Assembly: GCA_019358935.1 (NCBI GenBank)
Contig: JAHHIK010000101.1
Span: 1 to 29,215 of the forward strand
Length of the DNA: 29,215 nucleotides
Reading direction: 5' to 3'
Source: Tolypothrix carrinoi HA7290-LM1
Lineage (GTDB): Bacteria > Cyanobacteriota > Cyanobacteriia > Cyanobacteriales > Nostocaceae
Shown: piece after piece, positions 1-9,033 of the stretch
Numbering within the stretch: position 1 is the stretch's first letter
Layout: the number at the start of each line of letters is the position of its first letter
Program-made: the position numbers and the translations under genes
Notes under the pieces: model-generated
What the model saw: only the letters and a program-made list of their open reading frames with translations
Databases searched by the model: none
What the model was told of the DNA's origin: nothing

Positions 1-157
1 CATCCTCCTTGTCCTCCTTGTCCCCCTCATCCCCCCCATCCCCCTCATCCCCCCCATCCCCCCCATCCCCCTCATCCCCCTCATCCCCCCCATCCCCCCC
101 ATCCCCCTCATCCCCCACTCCCCCACTCCCCCACTCCCCCATCCCCCCATCCCCAAC
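1..157 (+). repeat. STRR-like short tandem repeats (CCCCC(T/C)CAT 9-mers, CCCCACT units) inside the CDS
   Basis: Direct reading of tandem units; translates as SPSSPPSPP... Confidence 0.9.
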
Positions 158-1310
158 ATGGCAGAAACTACTACGAGCAAGCGATCAATTTATCGTTTAT
201 CGAGCCTCTATTGCTGGACCGACTGTGATTGCTGGTTATCATTGGTTCAATGACTGGGGACGCGATACCTTGATTGCTTTACCGGGTTTGGCGTTGGTTC
301 CGCAGCGCTTTGAACTGGCAAAAGGACTTTTGGAAACTTTTGGGCGTTACTGTCATTACGGCTTGATTCCCAATGCATTTCCTGATGCTGGTGGGGAACC
401 GTTTTATAACAGCATCGATGCAGCGCTATGGTGGATTGAAACTTTAGGACTTTACTTAGAAGCTACTCAAGATTGGGAATTTTTGGCAGAACAATATCCG
501 GTGGTACAGCAAATCCACAAAGCGTTTATCGGCGGTACGCGCTATAATATCCAGGTTGATTCTACCGATGGGCTGGTTAGTTGGGATACTCGTGGTGAAG
601 CTCTCACCTGGATGGATGCGGTAGTTGAAGGACAGCCTGTAACTCCCCGTCGCGGTAAGCCAGTAGAAATCAATGCGCTGTGGTATTCGGCTTTATGTTG
701 GGCTTCTCGGTGGGCAGAAATCTTGAGCGAAAAACAACCACCAGCGGAATCAACGCGGTTAGTTAAGCAAGCGCGACGTTATATTGAGCAAGCCAAACAG
801 GTGCAATTTTCTCTGCAAAAGTTTTGGAATCCGCAGCTAGACTATTTGTACGACACAATTGAGCCAGACGATCGCCGAAATTCTCAAATTCGCCCAAATG
901 CAGTTTTAGCGCTTTCATTGCGTCATTGTGGGTTTTCTCAACAGCACGGGCGTCAGATACTTGATAAAGCAACATCTAGCTTGCTCACTCCCTATGGTCT
1001 TCGCAGTCTCGATAGAAGCGATCCCGAATATATAGGTATATATTTAGGCAATTCAGAACAGCGCGATCGCGCTTATCATCAAGGCACTGTTTGGAGTTGG
1101 CTAATAGGTCCATTTATCCGCGCTTGGGAACGTTTTTACCCAGAAGAACCTCTGCCCTTTGATTGGCAACCGTTATTAGATCACTTCCTTAATGATGCTT
1201 GTATTGGCTCAATATCGGAAATTTTTGATGGTGATGAACCTCATCATCCCAGAGGTGCGATCGCTCAAGCTTGGTCAGTTGCAGAAGTAGTTCGTCATTA
1301 TCGTAATTAA
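1..1310 (+). CDS. Amylo-alpha-1,6-glucosidase / glycogen debranching enzyme family, 5'-partial (starts upstream of window)
   Basis: Frame open from window start. Motifs IAGYHWFNDWGRDT, LTWMDA, PRRGKPVEINALWY, AYHQGTVW, SEIFDG, AQAWSVAE typical of the GDE_C domain. Pro/Ser run at 1-157 is an in-frame repeat tract. Confidence 0.92.
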   Translation, partial: SSLSSLSPSSPPSPSSPPSPPSPSSPSSPPSPPSPSSPTPPLPHSPIPPSPTWQKLLRASDQFIVYRASIAGPTVIAGYHWFNDWGRDTLIALPGLALVPQRFELAKGLLETFGRYCHYGLIPNAFPDAGGEPFYNSIDAALWWIETLGLYLEATQDWEFLAEQYPVVQQIHKAFIGGTRYNIQVDSTDGLVSWDTRGEALTWMDAVVEGQPVTPRRGKPVEINALWYSALCWASRWAEILSEKQPPAESTRLVKQARRYIEQAKQVQFSLQKFWNPQLDYLYDTIEPDDRRNSQIRPNAVLALSLRHCGFSQQHGRQILDKATSSLLTPYGLRSLDRSDPEYIGIYLGNSEQRDRAYHQGTVWSWLIGPFIRAWERFYPEEPLPFDWQPLLDHFLNDACIGSISEIFDGDEPHHPRGAIAQAWSVAEVVRHYRN

Positions 1311-1410
1311 AAAGGTGATTTTTAATTTTTGTGTTAAAGCATAAAATCAGGCGCAAATTGATTTATTGTGCGTTGCGTTTTGTGAGATATTTTCAGGCGA
1401 TCGCTCACTG

Positions 1411-1764
1411 TCATTCTAAAAAATTAATTTGAGAGCAACCAAGCTTTGATACTCGTGCTTTGAGTCCCAAAGACTCATTAATGAGGTTCTGAGACTGATT
1501 AAAGAGTCTTTTATACTCATTAATGAGGTTCTGAGACTGATTAAAGAGTCTTTTATACTCATTAATGAGGTTCTGAGACTGATTAATGAGCCTTTTATAC
1601 TCATTAATGAGGTTCTGAGACTGATTAATGAGCCTTTTATACTCATTAATGAGTCTTTTATACTCATTAAAGAGGTTCTGATACTCATTAAAGAGGTTCT
1701 GATACTCATTAATGAGTCTCAAACACTCATTAAACAAGTTCAGATACTCATTGACGAGTCTCAA
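1411..1764 (-). CDS. Possible heptad-repeat coiled-coil protein (INEYKRL/INQSQNL); coding status uncertain
   Basis: ORF spans the 21-bp array. TTG start, no clear RBS; other frames are also open. Confidence 0.3.
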   Translation of the reverse strand: MRLVNEYLNLFNECLRLINEYQNLFNEYQNLFNEYKRLINEYKRLINQSQNLINEYKRLINQSQNLINEYKRLFNQSQNLINEYKRLFNQSQNLINESLGLKARVSKLGCSQINFLE

Positions 1765-1766
1765 AG
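1473..1766. repeat. Tandem array of 14 x 21-bp units with 42-bp higher-order periodicity
   Basis: Units such as ACTCATTAATGAGGTTCTGAG and ACTGATTAAAGAGTCTTTTAT start every 21 bp from 1473. Core CTCATTAATGAG is a perfect palindrome. No spacers. Confidence 0.93.
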
Positions 1767-1924
1767 ACAGATTAACGCAGCTTTAAGTAAGTAGACTCAG
1801 ATATTGCAGCAGTTGCATCATCCGCCATAGGTTATAAATTTATGGCTTATAGCGAAAGTCGTCTTTAGAGGACAGGAAGAAGATTTTAGTCTATTCAAGT
1901 GTTCCAAAGCTTTTATCATCAAGA

Positions 1925-1984
1925 GCGATCGCACCCCTCTACAAGAGAAAATCGCTGACCATAACAAAACTAAAAAGCGATCGC
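1925..1984 (+). repeat. HIP1-bounded ~60-bp direct repeat, copy A
   Basis: GCGATCGC-acccctctacaagagaaaatcgctgaccataacaaaactaaaaa-GCGATCGC; matches 2561-2621. Confidence 0.85.
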
Positions 1985-2053
1985 ACCCCTCTAACTATAA
2001 AAGAGCGATCGCTTTTTGCGTCACTTCTGAATTTCTGTAATCGAGTAAAATTG

Positions 2054-2103
2054 GCGTTGGCGTTCGCGGAGCGTCTCGTAGAGAAGCCCAGAGCAGGCAT
2101 CGC
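2054..2103 (+). mobile_element. HIP1 site split by two nested 21-bp short dispersed repeats (SDR5-like)
   Basis: GCG(2054-56) + 42 bp + ATCGC(2099-2103). Outer 21-mer TTGGCG^AAGCCCAGAGCAGGC carries inner 21-mer 2063-2083. Confidence 0.7.
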
Positions 2104-2109
2104 TCTTGT

Positions 2110-2328
2110 TTAAGTGTTCTTATTTGCCTGCTTCTGACTTACAATACTTTTAAATAATTCAAATTGTTGTTGATGCTCCTCTGACGATTGGGGTGGATGA
2201 AACCAAATTGCTTCCGAATCAGGACTGCGACGATTAAATAAAGCATTTAGAGCCTCTGTATCTTCTCGATGGGTTAGAATATAAGCTCTTAATTCCTTTG
2301 TGGACATTGTTTCAAAGTTTGGTTTCAT
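2110..2328 (-). CDS. DUF6887-like small protein (putative TA-pair component)
   Basis: MKPNFETMSTKELRAYILTHRED-EA N-terminus resembles this cyanobacterial family; ATGA overlap with upstream ORF. Confidence 0.75.
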   Translation of the reverse strand: MKPNFETMSTKELRAYILTHREDTEALNALFNRRSPDSEAIWFHPPQSSEEHQQQFELFKSIVSQKQANKNT

Positions 2329-2501
2329 TCAAACCTCCAGTTTCCTGATGGAAAGACAATAATTTGCAGATCGTCCCCAGCAAGAATAAACAAATATCCT
2401 TCCTGGTCATTGAAACGGAATAAGTGAATATCCAGGTAGCAGTTAGATAGCCATTGACAGACTCGTACACAGGCTAATGCTTGTTCGGCTGTAGGATTGA
2501 T
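2325..2501 (-). CDS. DUF6888-like small protein (58 aa), non-canonical ATC start; absent from ORF track
   Basis: Manual translation (I/M)NPTAEQALACVRVCQWLSNCYLDIHLFRFNDQEGYLFILAGDDLQIIVFPSGNWRFE*. GAGGAA precedes ATC; TGA overlaps next ATG. Confidence 0.7.
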   Translation of the reverse strand: MNPTAEQALACVRVCQWLSNCYLDIHLFRFNDQEGYLFILAGDDLQIIVFPSGNWRFE

Positions 2502-2560
2502 GGTCGTTTCCTCAATTCTGACATAGATACTATAAACCTTGCGTGCAGTTCATTTGTGAT

Positions 2561-2621
2561 GCGATCGCCCTGACTCTACAATATAAAATCGCTGATTATA
2601 ACAAAAGTAAAAAGCGATCGC
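2561..2621 (+). repeat. HIP1-bounded ~60-bp direct repeat, copy B
   Basis: GCGATCGC-cctgactctacaatataaaatcgctgattataacaaaagtaaaaa-GCGATCGC. Confidence 0.85.
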
Positions 2622-5600
2622 CCCCTTGTCCCCCTTGTCCCCCTTGTCCCCCTTGTCCCCCCTCTCCCCCCCTCCTCTACTCTCAAAGCACACACCCCAG
2701 ACGCCTCAGGATGGGTAGTCAAATAAACCTGAAGCCAACTGCAACCCTGCGCTAATAAATCATCTAAATCCAGATTCCACAGTTTGATAGTATTGTCAGC
2801 ACTTGCGGAAGCTAGAGTTTTCCCATCCGGGCTGAAAGTCGCGTTATAAACTGAACTACTATGCCCCTTGAGGGTAGTAATTTGTTTTTTCGTGTCCAGA
2901 TTCCACAGTTTGATAGTATTGTCACCACTTGCGGAAGCGAGAGTTTTCCCATCCGGGCTGAAAGTCACGTTATAAACTGAACTACTATGCCCCTTGAGGG
3001 TAGTAATTTCTTTTTTCGTATCCAGATTCCACAGTTTGATGGTGTTGTTTTTACTTGCGGAAGCGAGAGTTTTCCCATCCGGGCTGAAAGTCGCGTTATA
3101 GACCCAACTACTATGCCCCTTGAGGGTAGTAATTTCTTTTTTCGTATCCAGATTCCACAGTTTGATGGTGTTGTCGCTACTTGCAGAAGCGAGAGTTTTC
3201 CCATCCGGGCTGAAAGTAACGCTATTGACCGGCTGACTATGCCCCTTGAAGGTAGTAATTTCTTTTTTCGTGTCCAGATTCCACAGTTTGATAGTATTGT
3301 CACCACTTGCGGAAGCGAGAGTTTTCCCATCCGGGCTGAAAGTCGCGCTATTGACCGAACTACTATGCCCCTTGAAGGTAGTAATTTCTTTTTTCGTGTC
3401 CAGATTCCACAGTTTGATGGTGTTGTCCTTACTTGCGGAAGCGAGAGTTTTCCCATCCGGGCTGAAAGTCGCGCTATTGACGAGCTGACTATGCCCCTTG
3501 AAAGTAGTAATTTGTTTTTTCGTGTCCAGATTCCACAGTTTGATGGTCTTGTCAGCACTTGCGGAAGCTAAAGTTTTCCCATCCGGGCTGAAACTGACAC
3601 TATAGATCGGCTGACTATGCCCCTTGAGGGTAGTAATTTCTTTTTTCGTGTCCAGATTCCACAGTTTGATGGTATTGTCAGCACTTGCGGAAGCTAAAGT
3701 TTTCCCATCTGGGCTGAAAGTCGCGCTATTAATCGGCTGACTATGCCCCTTGAGGGTAGTAATTTCTTTTTTCGTGTCCAGATTCCACAGGTTGATAGTG
3801 TTGTCAGCACTTGCGGAAGCTAGAGTTTTCCCATTCGGGCTGAAAGTCACGCTATTAACCGAACTATTATGCCCCTTGAAGGTAGTAATTTGTTTTTTCG
3901 TGTCCAGATTCCACAGTTTGATGGTCTTGTCAGCACTTGCGGAAGCTAAAGTTTTGCCATCCGGGCTGAAAGTCGCGCTATTGACGAGCTGACTATGCCC
4001 CTTGAGGGTAGTAATTTCTTTTTTCGTGTCCAGATTCCACAGTTTGATGGTCTTGTCAGCACTTGCGGAAGCTAAAGTTTTGCCATCCGGGCTGAAACTG
4101 ACACTATAGATCGGCTGACTATGCCCCTTGAGGGTAGTAATTTCTTTTTTCGTGTCCAGATTCCACAGTTTGATGGTGTTGTCAGCACTTGCGGAAGCTA
4201 AAGTTTTGCCATCCGGGCTGAAAGTCGCGCTATTGACGAGCTGAGTATGCCCCTTGAGGGTAGTAATTTCTTTTTTCGTGTCCAGATTCCACAGTTTGAT
4301 GGTGTTGTCAGCACTTGCGGAAGCTAAAGTTTTCCCATCCGGGCTGAAAGTAACGCTCCTGATCGGCTGACTATGCCCCTTGAAGGTAGTAATTTCTTTT
4401 TTCGTGTCCAGATTCCACAGTTTGATAGTATTGTCAGCACTTGCGGAAGCTAGAGTTTTCCCATCCGGGCTGAAAGTAACGCTATTGACCGGCTGACTAT
4501 GCCCTTCTAAGCGATTTTGTTCGCGAATCTTCGGCAAAATTGTCTGTAAGCTAAACAAAGGGCTGTAGATAGGATAATCTGCTAAAGATTGTTTATCTTT
4601 AACCAAAAGTTTCAATTTTTTAGAAGCCCACATTGCTGACACCAGCCCGTCGATTTCGTTTGAATCAAACTGTTGTAACGCATAAGTTCCGTCTTGTTCC
4701 AGTTTCGTAGCTGTGAGGGCATTTTTACGCGCTGTTTCTGCTTGTTGAGCAAACATTGCCAATACCACGGTTCCCACCAAAGTCACCCCTAACACCACAG
4801 AACCTATGCGAATCCGCTGATTAGCTTTGCGATTTGCTTCTGCTAAAATCTGCTTTGCTTGTTCTTCGGCTTCCAGTCGCTTCTGCACATCGCGCTTATC
4901 TAAATTCTGGCTAGCAGTAAAAAACTGATAGTCTAAATCACCCAAGCTTTTACCCGCAGCCCAACTTTGAGCATCCTGCAAAGCTTGTCCCCGCAACAAG
5001 CGCGACTCATCTTGATAGTCAGAAGCAACCCAAGCATTCAACGTATTAGAATAGGGACGCAGTTTTGCAAGTATTTTTTCACACCATTCTTGATTAAATA
5101 CCTCGGCGTAAATGCGGTTGTAAATTCGCAGCTTGCCATCACGCTTCACTACCAACCCCGTCAGCCGCAGTTCTGTTTGTTCGGGACTGTCATCAGCGGC
5201 TATCTCTCCTTCGCCGAGATTTTGACCTAACCCCCCAGCCCCCTTCCCTACGAGGGAAGGGGGAGCATCATTTCTCCCCTCCCCTTGTAGGGGAGGGGCT
5301 GGGGGAGAGGTCACAATTTGCTGACACAGCCCCAGTAATCTGCCGGTACGCTGTTCGCCACTGTGCATAATTCTGTCTCGGATGGTTCTCAGATGTTCTG
5401 GTTCATCCTGCGCTTCCCAATTTACGATAATACGCTCTCTCACCACGCACTCGACAAAAGCTTGCGGATTCGGTATTTTAAATTGCTCCCCCCCTCCCCC
5501 ACTCCCCACGCCAGTCGCTACAACGGAGGGAACCTCCGCAACGCGCTGGCTCCCCTCTCCCCCTCTCCCCTTCTCCCCCACCGCTGCTTGCAGTACTAAT

Positions 5601-6367
5601 TTACAAACCTTCTGCGTTAAAAACGGCTGTCCCCCCGTCCAGTCAAGCACTGCTTTCATCACCGTTTGCGGTTCACCCATCACCGCGAGTCCCTGTGCTA
5701 AAGGTTCTGCTTCCTCAAGCTGAAACCCTGTTAAATCAATTGCCCGACCAATATTAAAAGGTGTCCGGCGCTTATCTTGAATCAAATCGGAAGGGGTAGA
5801 AACGCCCAATAAAGCAAAAGTCAGGCGGTTGTACGCGCTCTTTTCTGCGCGACGGTTATAACAATCGCGGATGATGGCAAAAAAATCATCTGTCTTAAAC
5901 GGAAGGCTGAGGATACTGTCAATTTCATCAATAAAGATGACAATATTCTCCGTAATTGTGTTGAGCAAAACTGTCTCAATAAACTTGCCCAAACGCTGGA
6001 CAGGTGGCAGCAAATCGTTCTGGATCCACCATTCGTCTAAATCAAAGCTTGTATAAATATTGAAACTGCCAGCTATACTATCAATCACCCCCGCATACCA
6101 TTGCTCTGGGGTAATATCAGATGTGCCAATAGATGTAATATCAATCACCGCACAGGCAAACCCTTCATCCTGCAACCGCTGCATTGTCTGCACCCGCAAG
6201 CTAGATTTACCCATCTGGCGCGAGTTGAGAACGTAACAAAAATCACCCGCCTTCAACGCTTCGTAAAGGTCTTCGTCAGCTTGGCGTTTGACATAGGTTT
6301 GGGCATCAGTCGGGAGACTGCCTCCAACTTGATATTCGTAGGCTGCGATCGCTTGAGGGTTTACCAT
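2576..6367 (-). CDS. AAA_35 (STAND-like) ATPase + transmembrane helix + 14 WD40 repeats
   Basis: Walker [10 protein letters not shown], Walker [19 protein letters not shown] motif, hydrophobic [20 protein letters not shown], 14 GH...WN repeats of 42 aa. Confidence 0.93.
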   Translation of the reverse strand: MVNPQAIAAYEYQVGGSLPTDAQTYVKRQADEDLYEALKAGDFCYVLNSRQMGKSSLRVQTMQRLQDEGFACAVIDITSIGTSDITPEQWYAGVIDSIAGSFNIYTSFDLDEWWIQNDLLPPVQRLGKFIETVLLNTITENIVIFIDEIDSILSLPFKTDDFFAIIRDCYNRRAEKSAYNRLTFALLGVSTPSDLIQDKRRTPFNIGRAIDLTGFQLEEAEPLAQGLAVMGEPQTVMKAVLDWTGGQPFLTQKVCKLVLQAAVGEKGRGGEGSQRVAEVPSVVATGVGSGGGGEQFKIPNPQAFVECVVRERIIVNWEAQDEPEHLRTIRDRIMHSGEQRTGRLLGLCQQIVTSPPAPPLQGEGRNDAPPSLVGKGAGGLGQNLGEGEIAADDSPEQTELRLTGLVVKRDGKLRIYNRIYAEVFNQEWCEKILAKLRPYSNTLNAWVASDYQDESRLLRGQALQDAQSWAAGKSLGDLDYQFFTASQNLDKRDVQKRLEAEEQAKQILAEANRKANQRIRIGSVVLGVTLVGTVVLAMFAQQAETARKNALTATKLEQDGTYALQQFDSNEIDGLVSAMWASKKLKLLVKDKQSLADYPIYSPLFSLQTILPKIREQNRLEGHSQPVNSVTFSPDGKTLASASADNTIKLWNLDTKKEITTFKGHSQPIRSVTFSPDGKTLASASADNTIKLWNLDTKKEITTLKGHTQLVNSATFSPDGKTLASASADNTIKLWNLDTKKEITTLKGHSQPIYSVSFSPDGKTLASASADKTIKLWNLDTKKEITTLKGHSQLVNSATFSPDGKTLASASADKTIKLWNLDTKKQITTFKGHNSSVNSVTFSPNGKTLASASADNTINLWNLDTKKEITTLKGHSQPINSATFSPDGKTLASASADNTIKLWNLDTKKEITTLKGHSQPIYSVSFSPDGKTLASASADKTIKLWNLDTKKQITTFKGHSQLVNSATFSPDGKTLASASKDNTIKLWNLDTKKEITTFKGHSSSVNSATFSPDGKTLASASGDNTIKLWNLDTKKEITTFKGHSQPVNSVTFSPDGKTLASASSDNTIKLWNLDTKKEITTLKGHSSWVYNATFSPDGKTLASASKNNTIKLWNLDTKKEITTLKGHSSSVYNVTFSPDGKTLASASGDNTIKLWNLDTKKQITTLKGHSSSVYNATFSPDGKTLASASADNTIKLWNLDLDDLLAQGCSWLQVYLTTHPEASGVCALRVEEGGRGGTRGTRGTRGTRGRSLFTFVIISDFIL
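2769..4510 (-). repeat. 14 x 126-bp near-identical WD40-coding tandem repeats
   Basis: GH codons at 4499 and 2861 are 13 x 126 bp apart; DNA nearly identical between units. Confidence 0.95.
5223..5313. repeat. Double-hairpin REP-like element within the AAA_35 gene, frame preserved
   Basis: TGACCT...AGGTCA ends; hairpins CCCCCTTCCCT-acg-AGGGAAGGGGG and CCCCTCCCCT-tgt-AGGGGAGGGG; translates as [12 protein letters not shown]...GKGAGGLG. Confidence 0.8.
5508..5552 (-). mobile_element. 45-bp hairpin element in an STRR tract inside the CDS (in frame)
   Basis: Reverse complement GAGCCAGCGCGTTGCGGAGGTTCCCTCCGTTGTAGCGACTGGCGT; same length and fold as the copies at 9034-9123. Confidence 0.75.
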
Positions 6368-6988
6368 TTATTGAATCACAATCTGAGCAAGGCGCTTCAA
6401 CGATTTAACAACGGTATGTAAATCATCGCCACGATTTAGCGATAATGTGTAAGATAAAGCATATCTGGGTATACCTTGTTTGATTAACTTAATAAATTGA
6501 AACTCCCGACCATTGGTGACAAAACCAAATGCAGGTTTTTCCGAGTCAGGATTACCCAACATATAAGTTAATGCTTGGGGAATTGCTACCTCTAAAGAGT
6601 AATCAGCCCGTTTTGCCTCAACTACAACCACCCAGAATAAAGGCTGGAAAACGAGGATGTCGATGCGTCCTCGAATAATCGTGCCTTCGTCTTCGGAAGA
6701 AATTTCGACTTCTTCCTCCGAGGCAATGTAGAAAGGTGGTTGATAAAAACCTGCCAGACGCAATAATGGGGATAATACCACCATCTTGACTACAGGTTCT
6801 AAAATTTGATATTGAGATAAATGGAGATATTCTGCTTTGACTTGGTTGAGAGATTGCTTTTCTAAGTCATTCAACTCTGGTAAATCGTGCTGCCACTCTG
6901 GGAAAAATTCCTCATCTGAACGTTGTAGACTAAATCTCTCGACTAGCTGGGTAATGGTGATATCTTTTGCCTGAATAACTTGAACCAT
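6368..6988 (-). CDS. Type I restriction enzyme HsdR N-terminal-like PD-(D/E)xK nuclease-domain protein
   Basis: GRIDILV...VVEAKR, PQALTYM, FGFVTNGREFQF motifs; its stop directly abuts the ATG of the WD40 gene. Confidence 0.8.
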   Translation of the reverse strand: MVQVIQAKDITITQLVERFSLQRSDEEFFPEWQHDLPELNDLEKQSLNQVKAEYLHLSQYQILEPVVKMVVLSPLLRLAGFYQPPFYIASEEEVEISSEDEGTIIRGRIDILVFQPLFWVVVVEAKRADYSLEVAIPQALTYMLGNPDSEKPAFGFVTNGREFQFIKLIKQGIPRYALSYTLSLNRGDDLHTVVKSLKRLAQIVIQ

Positions 6989-7010
6989 GTGTTTGTGGCT
7001 TTTATTTTAA

Positions 7011-7155
7011 TAGGACTTACGCAAAAACTCTCTCAAACTCTTATTCCTTCTCCTTCACCAGACGCCAAGGGCGAACGTGTACGAGCGTGCCTAGCCTGCG
7101 GCAACGGCAAAGCCGAACGCGGTTCGTTATTCCGTGAAAGAGTGCGTAAGTCCTA
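7011..7155. mobile_element. MITE with TA-flanked terminal inverted repeats, carrying nested ~24-bp hairpin repeats
   Basis: TA-GGACTTACGCA at 7011-7023 and TGCGTAAGTCC-TA at 7143-7155; a lone right end recurs at 24552-24564. Confidence 0.78.
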
Positions 7156-7196
7156 TTTAAGTAATATCATGTCCTCAGTTGGCAGACATATTGAGC

Positions 7197-7222
7197 GAGA
7201 CGTCCCGTCGGAACGTCTCTAC
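7197..7222 (-). repeat. GTAG-type REP-like palindrome (GTAGAGACGTTCC...)
   Basis: Related copies at 15419-15444 and 27888-27918. Confidence 0.7.
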
Positions 7223-7235
7223 GAGGGTTGCGGTG

Positions 7236-8933
7236 TTAATTTTTAATTCCCAAGCGATCGCCAAAATATTCACAATACAATTCACACAAAGGCATCACCT
7301 CGTTCCCCTGAAATTTCACTAACCCCATACTGCGAAGTTTAAAAGCTTCTGCTGTCCCCACATCTACAGGACAATCTACTGACAGCACTTCCTTGAATGC
7401 GGCTAGTAATTTCGCATTTTCCTGCAAATTCAGTAAATGACGGCGCAAATGGTCGCTGTAGGGTCCTTCCTCTGTCGGGGCAATTTGCTGAAGTTTTTCC
7501 AACGTCATCCTGTCCCGTGCAATTTGATACAAAGCTACCCGCGTTAAGTAAGGATGACCACCTACAAGCGTCATTAATTGCTCAACTTGTTTTTCAGTCC
7601 AATTAAGTCCATGTCGTTGCACTAACTCTTGCACCTGTGCTTGACTCAAGTCTGGCAATTCAATCGGCAATCCGACATTAAAGGGTGACTGATTGATATT
7701 CAGCGGGATGTAAACTTCTTGAGAATGCACAATTATTAACCTGAGCTTTTTCCAGACAGGATCGTTTTTTGCCCGTTCATGCCAAGCTCGTAATAGTCCA
7801 AAAAAATCATTAGCGATCGCCGGATGTTTGAACACCTCATCAACTTCATCCAAACCCAAAGCTACCGGGGTGTCAATAGAAGGTAATAAATACCTCTGAA
7901 AGTAATTTGTACATTTATTCTTACTACCCAAAACGCCTTTCCAATGTTCCTCTAGCTTCTCTGGTAATGAGAGCGCATCGGTAATACTCGCAGCAAACCA
8001 TTGTAAAAATAGATCCAAATCGCCGAGCAATTCTCCATCTACTGACTGAAAGTTCACAAAAGCAGTTTTATAGCTTTGTTTGCTTGCGTGGTCGAGGATT
8101 CGCGTCATTAACGAACTTTTGCCCATCTGTCGGGGTGCTTTGACGCGAATCAGCGCACCCGGTTTAAGAATAGCTTCATAACAGTCCGTTTCAATCGGCG
8201 GGCGATCGATATAATAGGCAGATTCCAAAGGTATTTGCCCTTCTGGTTGTTCTAAGGGAGATGCCGGTTGAGTATATATCACTTTTTCTGGCTTAGGCTT
8301 TGGCACTCGAACAGCGTCCCGATTTGAAGGTGATTCTACCTCATCTTGGTTCGGCTGTTGCTGGGGAATCGCTTTGAAATTTTTTATGCTTTTGAGTTTT
8401 GGAGTTAAAGATTCTGGAATGCCCTCTAAGTCAATGGCATTACAAGCAAATTTATAGGCATCCTCATAGGAACTGCCAGCACCAAGCGCATCATAAAACC
8501 CAACGGCAAATTCAATTGCAGCGCGATCGCCAATTGCCCGATTCATGCCAATCACGTAGTCAGCATATTGACAAATTGCCTCGGCTTGCGCTTCACTATA
8601 GCAAGCGTTTAACAAGACACATTCAATATTTTTAAATAACCCAAATAGCCCTGCCAGTGTCTGAGTTCTCACCAGCTGCATTTCCCCTGAGTTATTCTCT
8701 AAGGCTAAACCTTGACTCCCCGCTCCATGTCCGGAAAAGTGAACAATTTCAGGCTTACGATCCAACAAAGCCCGACGCAAGTCTTTCGGACGCACTGCTG
8801 ATGTAGAGAAAATTTCAAACTGATCTCGGTTTTTAGAGCGTTCCAAGCTAGCCCGAATTTCTCGTACTTCCTCATCCAGACGCAGCTGATTTGTATTCGT
8901 GGGATTTGCTGACAAAATCAGAATTTTCTTCAC
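7236..8933 (-). CDS. CHAT (caspase-like) domain + AAA_35 ATPase protein
   Basis: KILILSANP, LRLDEEVREI, HFSGHG and LNAC (His/Cys dyad intact); Walker A APRQMGKSS, Walker B LDEVD, GGHPYL; GTG start. Confidence 0.92.
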   Translation of the reverse strand: MKKILILSANPTNTNQLRLDEEVREIRASLERSKNRDQFEIFSTSAVRPKDLRRALLDRKPEIVHFSGHGAGSQGLALENNSGEMQLVRTQTLAGLFGLFKNIECVLLNACYSEAQAEAICQYADYVIGMNRAIGDRAAIEFAVGFYDALGAGSSYEDAYKFACNAIDLEGIPESLTPKLKSIKNFKAIPQQQPNQDEVESPSNRDAVRVPKPKPEKVIYTQPASPLEQPEGQIPLESAYYIDRPPIETDCYEAILKPGALIRVKAPRQMGKSSLMTRILDHASKQSYKTAFVNFQSVDGELLGDLDLFLQWFAASITDALSLPEKLEEHWKGVLGSKNKCTNYFQRYLLPSIDTPVALGLDEVDEVFKHPAIANDFFGLLRAWHERAKNDPVWKKLRLIIVHSQEVYIPLNINQSPFNVGLPIELPDLSQAQVQELVQRHGLNWTEKQVEQLMTLVGGHPYLTRVALYQIARDRMTLEKLQQIAPTEEGPYSDHLRRHLLNLQENAKLLAAFKEVLSVDCPVDVGTAEAFKLRSMGLVKFQGNEVMPLCELYCEYFGDRLGIKN

Positions 8934-9033
8934 GACGCTATCATCTCTTAAACACGGGCTTATTACCTAGATGTAGTTTACTACACCCTACTTGCAATGA
9001 ATTACTGACCGAAGAAGGGAAAAGGGGAAAGGG

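Noticed and set aside
1473..1766. CRISPR array
   Set aside because: Units are contiguous with no unique spacers; no cas genes
2965..3992. Alternative-frame ORFs 2965-3558, 2987-3571, 3246-3488, 3750-3992
   Set aside because: Shadows of the 126-bp WD40 periodicity
6980..7246. 88-aa plus-strand ORF
   Set aside because: Composed of the MITE and REP-like repeat, antisense to the operon
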